A stretch of DNA of 63,122 nt, counting the filler, from Dirinaria sp. TL-2023a (lineage: Eukaryota), in the NCBI GenBank assembly GCA_051941275.1. It is 8 parts of 8 records of this genome, joined end to end, with 100 filler letters (N's around TTAATTAATTAA, not from the genome) between each part and the next. Parts side by side here need not be neighbours in the genome. Positions count along the whole stretch, not along the records: positions 1 to 7,849 come from JAVEBF010001265.1; 7 more parts are not named here. One strand, given 5' to 3'. Below the pieces are notes generated by a model. It was not told the origin of the DNA and ran no database searches. It saw nothing but the letters and a program-made list of their open reading frames with translations. A program made the position numbers and the translations under genes. Below, one piece after another: positions 1-7,949 of the stretch. Positions within the stretch are counted from its first letter, which is position 1. Each line of letters opens with the position of its first letter.

Positions 1-1050
1 CTTTCAAACTCAATAACATCAGATCGAGAATCTCAATTCGTGACTATCGTTTGAAAGTCACTATGTAGACGTCTAGACATTAATTGCAAGTTGTCAACTG
101 CCTTTCACCCTGAAACTGATGGTCAAACGGAACGCACAAATCAAGATGTGAAAAAACAGCTCCGTCTATATTGTAATCACATGCAAGACGACTGAGTTGA
201 TTTACTACTCATTGCGAAGTTTGCAGACAACAATGCCGTTTCTACAGCAACAGACATGACTCCCTTCTTTGCAAACAAAGAATACCATCCGCGCATGACC
301 TTTTCATCGAACGATATCAAATATGCTACTGCCCGCGATCGCATGTAGACAGCAAAGACTGAAAATATCGCTGATATCATGCAAAATGTTCTGAAATTTA
401 TGCGCTCCACGGCGCAGAATTCTCAGCAGACAATGAAGAATCAAGCTGATAAGCACCGCAAAGAAGTTTTCTATGAAGTCGGCGATCAGATATTTCTATT
501 CAGTAAGAACATCAACATCGATAAATCATCAAAGAAGCTAGAAGACAAGATGTTAAAACTCTTCTCGATAATCAAACGTCATGATATTGCCTATGAGCTA
601 AAACTATCTGACACAATGAGAATACATAATGTATTTCATTCTAACCTGCTTCGCAAAGATCCTGATGACCCCTTATCAGATCAGATACAAGAACCTTCTG
701 ACAAAATAGTAACCGACGAGAGCGATGAATGAGAGCTTGCAGATGTTGTCAACTCGAGATGACATCATGAGCGCTTACAATATCAGTGTCAATGAGTTGA
801 TTGAAAGCACCGCAATAGAACTTGATATCATACTGATGAGAGTGAGTTTAAGCACGCAAAGAATATAACTAACGACTTCCACACACGATATCCTGACAAG
901 CCTGACGACGCAAATAACAAGGCTTCAAACACCGACAACAAAGTCAACAAACGCAAGAGCTCAATATAATGACTAAAAAACTTGGTTGAAGCCTGGTCAA
1001 ATCTTATTTTAACCGCAACAGAGACGTTGCTTATTGAAGGGAGAGGATAA
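1..1050 (+). pseudogene. Hypermutated copy of the 3' end of the adjacent chromovirus (integrase C-terminus, chromodomain, 3' UTR, PPT)
   Basis: Aligns to 5886-6935 at a constant offset of 5885. The differences I checked are C->T or G->A, with several TGG->TGA stops. The PPT is degraded to GAAGGGAGAGGATAA. Confidence 0.95.
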
Positions 1051-1324
1051 TGTCATGAATCTAGACCTGTAGCACCTTAGGTCAGGTCACATGACTCCCT
1101 GAACCCTGAAGAAAGGTCCTTGATATGTGATTTGGCCTATACCAGATGTTTTGTTAGAGGTGGTTTGGTTTTGCCTTATCAGACCTAGCGTCCCCGAACC
1201 GATATTACTTCGAGCCCCTATTTGAGTTTTCCTGTAGATAGATTTCCTTTCCTTTTCTTCTTCATAGTTAGTGTCCTAGTCTATTTGTACCCATATGCCA
1301 TTGAGCGCTGTGCAGGCCCTGACA
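1051..1324 (+). repeat. 5' LTR, shared with the upstream mutated copy
   Basis: TGTCA...TGACA. 12 substitutions versus 6936-7209 by manual alignment. Confidence 0.95.
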
Positions 1325-1326
1325 TT

Positions 1327-1337
1327 ACACTAACTAT
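1327..1337 (+). promoter_or_regulatory. Self-priming primer-binding site
   Basis: ACACTAACTAT, 2 nt after the LTR, is the exact reverse complement of ATAGTTAGTGT at 1264-1274 inside the LTR. Confidence 0.8.
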
Positions 1338-1419
1338 CAACCTTACCTTTGCACTCGTCGGCGTTGCACGAGTAAACCAAGCAATCGCAAGAAAAGACCT
1401 TATACTTATAGGAACCAGT

Positions 1420-2928
1420 ATGCCTAGGCAGGTATCAGACCCCCGAGCCCAGCTCACTCAGGCCTCCTCTGTCGCCAATTATGAACCCATTGACGATGCG
1501 GCCTACCTCCCTCAGATGGTGAAAGACCTATTAAAGAAGACGGCAAACCGCCGCGTGTCGGTACTGCCAGAAGAATCGGAAGACTCTCCGTCGGGAGCAG
1601 ATCAAGCAGACTCCCCGAATTTCATCAATACTGTCGACCAATTGAAGCATTGGGTCCGTAACGACGGCAATGCAGTTCTCGACCTTATTAAGGAATATCG
1701 ATTGGAGCGCGACGCAGCATTGCGCTGCCTAGAAGATTGGAGCACTATGTTGAACATGAGAGATAAGGCAATGGATCAGGCCAGACGGGCCCAAGATAGA
1801 CTTCAAGTGGCTAAACAAGATTTTGAGAATGAGAAGGCTATGAATTTAAGTCTCAATGATCAGTTGCAAGAAAAGGATGATGTGGTACGAGATCGCGATA
1901 TTGAGATATCGGCATTGAAAGAGCAATTGCTCGTTGCCGGGGTTGTTGACTCTGATGGAAACCCGAATCCCCTCGGTAACGAACGTCAACATCGGCGTCA
2001 GCGAAGCAGAAGCAGAAGCCGATCGTCTATGACTTCCTCCTCACGTGCAAGGAAGTCTGCTAAGGTGCCAGACCCTCCAGTACTTACTGACGGCAATGAC
2101 CCCACCTACATCAATTGGCGTCTGCAAATGACGGACAAGCTTCGCATCAATGCGGACCACTTCTCTAATGAGGCAGACAAGGCGGCCTATGTTTGTTTAC
2201 GGGTAGGCGGTGACGCCGCAGACCATATCAATGCTTATCGGATTAATGACCCTGACTACTTTAAGAACCCTCAACAAGTCATGGGAGCACTAAACAGCAT
2301 TTACGAGGATCCGAACCGTCAGGAAAATGCTAGACAAGAATTTAAGCGCCTAAAAATGCATCCGGATACTCCTTTCCATACCTTCTATGTTCAATTTCAC
2401 CGTTGTGCCACCGTTGCCGCCATACCATCGGACTATGTTATGATGGAATTAAAAGAGAGGGTTCTTCCGCGCATGCAAAAGACGATGACTGACAATCCAC
2501 CTAATGCAACAACATTAGATGAGTTGAGGACGTACTTGACTCAACTGGATAATCGTCAACGTCATTTCATTGCAAATCGGGCAAACAATAAATCAGAAAC
2601 AGGCACGAGTGGAGCTGCTTCGGTTTCTGCCAGTGGTGCTGCTACTTTAAAGCCTTCAGCCAATGCACCTATTCGTGGCTCAACACCTGTGGCAACTACA
2701 CCTAACCCACCACGTTTTCGGGACAGTACCCCAGTCCATACTAGTCGACCCTACATTTCGGCATCAAAGGATACCCTCGAACGTAATCTATGCAGGAAAT
2801 GCGGTGAAACCGGTCACTATGCCAACGATTGCCCGCACCCTCGCATCAACCAAGAAGCTCGCATTCACGAGGTTGCCATTGACGGGGAAGACGAAGACTC
2901 TGCTAGTCAACAGTCGGAAAACGAGTAG
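1420..2928 (+). CDS. gag: Retrotransposon Gag
   Basis: First ATG downstream of the LTR in this frame is at 1420 (MPRQVSD). Coiled-coil region, PDPPVLTDG..PTYINW capsid-region motif, CRKCGETGHYANDC zinc knuckle. Confidence 0.92.
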   Translation: MPRQVSDPRAQLTQASSVANYEPIDDAAYLPQMVKDLLKKTANRRVSVLPEESEDSPSGADQADSPNFINTVDQLKHWVRNDGNAVLDLIKEYRLERDAALRCLEDWSTMLNMRDKAMDQARRAQDRLQVAKQDFENEKAMNLSLNDQLQEKDDVVRDRDIEISALKEQLLVAGVVDSDGNPNPLGNERQHRRQRSRSRSRSSMTSSSRARKSAKVPDPPVLTDGNDPTYINWRLQMTDKLRINADHFSNEADKAAYVCLRVGGDAADHINAYRINDPDYFKNPQQVMGALNSIYEDPNRQENARQEFKRLKMHPDTPFHTFYVQFHRCATVAAIPSDYVMMELKERVLPRMQKTMTDNPPNATTLDELRTYLTQLDNRQRHFIANRANNKSETGTSGAASVSASGAATLKPSANAPIRGSTPVATTPNPPRFRDSTPVHTSRPYISASKDTLERNLCRKCGETGHYANDCPHPRINQEARIHEVAIDGEDEDSASQQSENE

Positions 2929-5900
2929 CCGCCGGCAGTGACGCACCGGTTGGCGAAGTAGTCATATCGAGCAATGCATTTGATCAGGGACCACACGATC
3001 GACCTCCCTTGTTGGCCGATTGCTCTCTAACCTTATTGGGTAAAAGATATGACTCCATGGCTTTAGTGGATACTGGCTCGCAAGTATATTCCGCTATCGA
3101 CGAGGAGACGGCCGATGAGGTATGCAGATTCTTAGGCCTACAACCTATACCCCTTTCGAGACCTCGCCCGGTCAGGGGATTCAATGGAGTGCTCAGCAAA
3201 AGGCCTATAACGCATGCTATATACCCCTCCCTGACTGTCAACAATCATTCGGAACTTACTTGCCCCATGCTGATTACTCAATTGGGCACTCATAAGGTCA
3301 TACTAGGGAAACCCTGGATGAACCGGCACGGCTTGAAGTTGGATATGGAGACGGACCGGGTAATTTTCAAGAAAAGAAAGTGTAGGGAGTTAGGATGCCG
3401 ATTCGAAGGAGCCTATAAGAATTCAATTCCACAAAAAGCAGTCCTACCTTCAGGAACTCCTACACCGACTTCTGCAGGAGCATCTTCCCCTGCAGTACCT
3501 AGCCTTCCGAGCTATACGATTTTGAAAAGGACACACAACATAGGTGGATCTAAGAAGAAGTCTGTGCCTACCTCGCTAGTGGTGAAACCCCCTACTACTA
3601 TTGCAAGTGTGCAGGAAGAAGGACCGGCCGATATTCAATTAGTTAGTGCGGCCGCATTCAACATGCTCTCCCAAAAGGAACGCCGCAATAAAGAAGGCCT
3701 CAAACTATTCTCCCTTACTATGTCACAGTTAGATCGAGAACTTCATCGTCGATCCAACACTGCAAAGAAGAAGAATGATGTCGGGCCGACAATATCATCA
3801 ATGGCTATGGAGGATATCATTAAGCTGATTCCCCCGGAGTATAAGGACTTAGCTGAGGCCTTCGATCCTAAGAAAGCAAAGGAGCTACCTCCCCATAGAC
3901 CCTATGACCACAAAATCGAGCTCACCGGTGATTCCAATCAACTACCTAAGAGCCGGGTCTATCCTATTTCGGACTACAAGCTACAGAAGTTAAAGGAGTA
4001 CCTTGATGAAAACCTAAAAAAGGGCTTCATTAGTCCGAGCTATGCCCCTTATGCTTCCCCGATATTGTTTGCCGCCAAACCTAATGGAGGACTACGAGTT
4101 TGCGTTGACTATCGCAGGCTGAATGCCATTACCAGGAGGAACCGATATCCTATACCCCTTATTGAGGAGACCCTTGCCAAAGTCATAGGATGTAAGTACA
4201 TGACGAAGTTGGATGTCATTGCCGCGTTCAATAAGCTTCGTATGCATCCTGATAGCGAAGAGCTCACAACCTTCATCACTTCGCTAGGGGCCTATAAATA
4301 TCATGTGCTTCCTTTTGGGTTAACTGGCGGTCCGTCAAATTATCAACACTATATGAACGACGTGCTATGGGATTATATCAATGAATTCGTGTCAGTATAC
4401 CTGGATGACATTCTGATTTATAGCAAGACCCGCAAGGAACATGTAAGGCATGTGCGGTTAGTGCTACAAAAGCTTATTGATGCCGGCTTACAAGTGGATA
4501 TCCAAAAATGCGAGTTCCATGTGCAGGAGACTACCTTTCTTGGGGTGCTACTTTCTACCGAAGGCCTGCGCATGGATCCTAAGAAGGTGCAAACGGTGGT
4601 TGAGTGGCAAACCCCTACTCGATTGAAAGAAGTCCAGAGCTTCATCGGTTTCTGCAACTTCTATCGGCGATTCATCAAAGGCTTTTCGCGCATAGTCAGG
4701 CCTATGGTTGCATTGACCCAGAAAGATGCCATATTCCATTGGAACGAAGCGTGCCAGGAGGCATTCACTCAATTGAAGCAAGTAATCACCACCGCCCCCG
4801 TGCTTAGGCATTTCGACCGCAACCGCAAGGCAGTTCTAGAAACTGACTCCTCGGACCATATTAATGCCGGAGTCCTTTCTCAATACGATGACGAAGGCAT
4901 GTTGCATCCAGTAGCCTTCTACTCCAAGAACATGTTGCCTGCGGAATGCAACTATGAAATATACGATAAGGAGCTGCTTGCTATAATAAGATGCCTGGAG
5001 CATTGGCGACCGGAACTTGAGGCTACCGAGTTACCTATTGAAATATTCACTGATCATAAGTCTTTGGAGCATTTCATGACCACGAAAGAGTTAACTCGTC
5101 GTCAGGTTAGATGGGCAGAAAAGCTTAGTGAGTATAACTTCAAAATAATGTACCAAACCGGAGCCAAGAATGTCAAGGCCGATGCACTCACACGTCGCCC
5201 CGGAGATCTGCCACAAGGTGATGATGACCGCCTTGCATATCAACATCGCACCTTGTTGACCCCTGACCGTCTGAAAATTCATGCAATGGAACCCGATCAA
5301 CAAGCCCCAATACATGACCGCATACTGACGGCCAACCGCGACGATAAGGAGTGCAACAAAGTCCGTCAACAAATCGAGCTGGGGGACACTTTTTACAATA
5401 GGATCCGGCTCAGGGATTGCACTGTTAGGGACGGTATTCTATACTATCATAACCGCCTATGGGTGCCGGGTAACATGGATCTACTAGTAGGTCTTCTTAA
5501 GGAGACACACGAAGCCCCTATGGTAGGCCACCCTGGTGTGTCTAGGACCCTAGACTTAGTCCGAAGGTATTACTTTTGGCCTAGGATGAGGCAAACCATT
5601 ATTCAGTTCGTACGAAACTGCTATGGTTGCCTAAGATCAAAAGCGCCTTTGGATAAGTATAATGGCTTACTAGTACCTGCCTCAGTACCGCAACAACGAT
5701 GGCAAGATATCTCTATGGATTTCATTACCGGGCTTCCTATGTCAAGAAGGAAAAATGCAATCTGCACCATCATCGATAAGTTAACTAAGGAGAGGCACTA
5801 TATACCTTGCACGGCGTTGGAGGAAGGTACTACTGCAGAGGCAACAGCGGAGATACTGCTACAATGGGTATTTCGCACCCACGGTCTTCCAAACTCAATA

Positions 5901-6854
5901 ACATCAGATCGAGGACCTCAATTCGTGGCTACCGTTTGGAAGTCACTATGTAGGCGTCTAGGCATTGATTGCAAGTTGTCAACTGCCTTCCACCCTGAAA
6001 CTGATGGCCAAACGGAACGCGCAAACCAAGATGTGGAAAAGCAGCTCCGCCTATATTGTAATCACATGCAAGACGACTGGGTTGATTTACTACCCATTGC
6101 GGAGTTTGCAGACAACAATGCCGTTTCTACAGCAACAGGCATGACTCCCTTCTTTGCAAACAAAGGATACCATCCGCGCATGACCTTTTCACCGGACGAT
6201 ACCAAATATGCTACTGCCCGCGATCGCATGCAGGCAGCAAAGGCTGAAAGTATCGCTGGTACCATGCAAAATGTCCTGGAATTTATGCGCTCCACGGCGC
6301 AGGATTCCCAGCAGGCAATGAAGGATCAAGCTGATAAGCACCGCAAAGAAGTTTCCTATGAAGTCGGCGATCAGGTATTTCTATCCAGTAAGAACATCAA
6401 CACCGATAGACCATCAAAGAAGCTAGAAGACAAGATGTTAGGACCCTTCCCGATAGTCAAACGCCATGGTATTGCCTATGAGCTAAAACTACCTGACACA
6501 ATGAGAATACATAATGTATTCCATCCTAACCTGCTTCGCAAAGATCCTGGTGACCCCTTACCAGGCCAGGTACAAGAACCTCCTGACAAAATAGTAACCG
6601 ACGAGGGCGATGAATGGGAGCTTGCAGATGTTGTCAACTCGAGGTGGCACCATGGGCGCTTACAATACCAGTGTCAATGGGTTGATTGGAAGCACCGCGA
6701 TAGGACTTGGTACCATACTGATGGGGGTGAGTTTAAGCACGCAAAGGATATAACTAACGACTTCCACACACGATATCCTGACAAGCCTGGCGGCGCAAAT
6801 AACAAGGCTCCAAACACCGACAACAAAGTCAACAAACGCAAGAGCTCAATATAA
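2907..6854 (+). CDS. pol: Retrotransposon Pol (protease, RT, RNase H, integrase, chromodomain), in the -1 frame relative to gag
   Basis: The frame is open from 2907. Motifs: LVDTGS protease, YLDD RT, ETDSS/DKELLA RNase H, HHCC plus DDE-type integrase, C-terminal EWELADVVNSRW..LQYQCQW chromodomain. Confidence 0.96.
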   Translation, partial: STVGKRVAAGSDAPVGEVVISSNAFDQGPHDRPPLLADCSLTLLGKRYDSMALVDTGSQVYSAIDEETADEVCRFLGLQPIPLSRPRPVRGFNGVLSKRPITHAIYPSLTVNNHSELTCPMLITQLGTHKVILGKPWMNRHGLKLDMETDRVIFKKRKCRELGCRFEGAYKNSIPQKAVLPSGTPTPTSAGASSPAVPSLPSYTILKRTHNIGGSKKKSVPTSLVVKPPTTIASVQEEGPADIQLVSAAAFNMLSQKERRNKEGLKLFSLTMSQLDRELHRRSNTAKKKNDVGPTISSMAMEDIIKLIPPEYKDLAEAFDPKKAKELPPHRPYDHKIELTGDSNQLPKSRVYPISDYKLQKLKEYLDENLKKGFISPSYAPYASPILFAAKPNGGLRVCVDYRRLNAITRRNRYPIPLIEETLAKVIGCKYMTKLDVIAAFNKLRMHPDSEELTTFITSLGAYKYHVLPFGLTGGPSNYQHYMNDVLWDYINEFVSVYLDDILIYSKTRKEHVRHVRLVLQKLIDAGLQVDIQKCEFHVQETTFLGVLLSTEGLRMDPKKVQTVVEWQTPTRLKEVQSFIGFCNFYRRFIKGFSRIVRPMVALTQKDAIFHWNEACQEAFTQLKQVITTAPVLRHFDRNRKAVLETDSSDHINAGVLSQYDDEGMLHPVAFYSKNMLPAECNYEIYDKELLAIIRCLEHWRPELEATELPIEIFTDHKSLEHFMTTKELTRRQVRWAEKLSEYNFKIMYQTGAKNVKADALTRRPGDLPQGDDDRLAYQHRTLLTPDRLKIHAMEPDQQAPIHDRILTANRDDKECNKVRQQIELGDTFYNRIRLRDCTVRDGILYYHNRLWVPGNMDLLVGLLKETHEAPMVGHPGVSRTLDLVRRYYFWPRMRQTIIQFVRNCYGCLRSKAPLDKYNGLLVPASVPQQRWQDISMDFITGLPMSRRKNAICTIIDKLTKERHYIPCTALEEGTTAEATAEILLQWVFRTHGLPNSITSDRGPQFVATVWKSLCRRLGIDCKLSTAFHPETDGQTERANQDVEKQLRLYCNHMQDDWVDLLPIAEFADNNAVSTATGMTPFFANKGYHPRMTFSPDDTKYATARDRMQAAKAESIAGTMQNVLEFMRSTAQDSQQAMKDQADKHRKEVSYEVGDQVFLSSKNINTDRPSKKLEDKMLGPFPIVKRHGIAYELKLPDTMRIHNVFHPNLLRKDPGDPLPGQVQEPPDKIVTDEGDEWELADVVNSRWHHGRLQYQCQWVDWKHRDRTWYHTDGGEFKHAKDITNDFHTRYPDKPGGANNKAPNTDNKVNKRKSSI

Positions 6855-6920
6855 TGGCTAAAAAACTTGGTTGAAGCCTGGTCAAACCTTATTTTAACCG
6901 CAACAGGGACGTTGCTTATT

Positions 6921-6935
6921 GGAGGGGGGGGGTAA
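6921..6935 (+). promoter_or_regulatory. Polypurine tract
   Basis: G-rich run ending GGTAA directly before the 3' LTR. Confidence 0.9.
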
Positions 6936-7209
6936 TGTCATGAACCTAGACCTGTAGCACCTTAGGTCAGGTCACATGACTCCCTGGACCCTGAAGGAAG
7001 GTCCTTGGTATGTGGTTTGGCCTATACCAGGTGTTTTGTTAGAGGTGGTTTGGTTTTGCCTTATCAGGCCTAGCGTCCCCGGACCGATATTGCTCCGGGC
7101 CCCTATTTGAGTTTTCCTGTAGATAGATTTCCTTTCCTTTTCTTCTTCATAGATAGTGTCCTAGTCTATTTGTACCCATATGCCATTGAGCGCTGTGCAG
7201 GCCCTGACA
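6936..7209 (+). repeat. 3' LTR
   Basis: 274-bp direct repeat of 1051-1324. Confidence 0.96.
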
Positions 7210-7849
7210 AAAAGAGCATATTAAGATCTGCACTGCATCTTGAAGATCGAATACTCTGATTAAAGAGTACATTTCGTATTCTATCACTTCGAATATTTAC
7301 TGATACGTTTCTTCAGAAAGTTTGAGTCGAAGAATAGAACACGTTCTATGATCGCGTCATTTCTCGTGTGATCGTAGAATCTTTGAGATTACGCGCTATT
7401 GCAACTTCAAATACTCGAGCAGTGATAGACAGCATGTTTTATGTGACACAAGAAATATAGAATATTAGATCGTTTTCACTCATTGAAGTCAGATTGACGT
7501 CACAATTGAGGTCGAGTTATTGCACTGAGTCTTTTTCAGAGTTCAACACACGAATGATTGCAATCTAAAATTCTATAGTAAATAGACAATCATCTAGAAA
7601 AAAATTTAAGAGCAACGCATTCTTTTCATCGATGATCTCGACAGATCTGAAAATTTAGAAACGAAGAAAATGCGTCGCGAATAACTGAGAGAGTTATTGC
7701 TTTTTTCGAACTCGAATCTCGTCGACTCTCTGTCATGAATTTTTCAACAATTCTCTGATTTCTTGACGCTCTTTTTGCAGACTCAAAATTCGTCGGGCGT
7801 TTATATCTCGAGATAAAGAAATATTTTTTCTAGATTTGCAGTGTTATAC
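7210..7849. repeat. AT-rich, CC/GG-depleted degenerate repeat relic of unknown family
   Basis: Almost no CC/GG dinucleotides, TCGA-rich, no ORF. Confidence 0.55.
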
Positions 7850-7949
7850 NNNNNNNNNNNNNNNNNNNNNNNNNNNNNNNNNNNNNNNNNNNNTTAATTA
7901 ATTAANNNNNNNNNNNNNNNNNNNNNNNNNNNNNNNNNNNNNNNNNNNN
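7850..7949. other. Artificial contig linker. Same linker at 15784-15883, 23691-23790, 31594-31693, 39496-39595, 47374-47473 and 55250-55349
   Basis: N-run, TTAATTAATTAA (stops in all six frames), N-run, 100 nt each. Contig lengths decrease monotonically. Confidence 0.98.

Larger units (their letters stand above)
1051..7209 (+). mobile_element. Full-length Ty3/Gypsy chromovirus LTR retrotransposon
   Basis: 274-bp TGTCA...TGACA LTRs at both ends, gag with a CCHC knuckle, pol in PR-RT-RH-IN-chromodomain order, PPT before the 3' LTR. Confidence 0.97.

Noticed and set aside
1..1050. APOBEC3G-like cDNA editing as the cause of the CC-context mutations
   Set aside because: That process gives one-strand GG->AG changes. 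Here the changes are GG->GA and CC->TC on both strands.
1222..1419. Hydrophobic N-terminal extension of Gag in the ORF track
   Set aside because: It starts at a TTG inside the LTR, upstream of the inferred transcription start. The ATG at 1420 is the plausible start.
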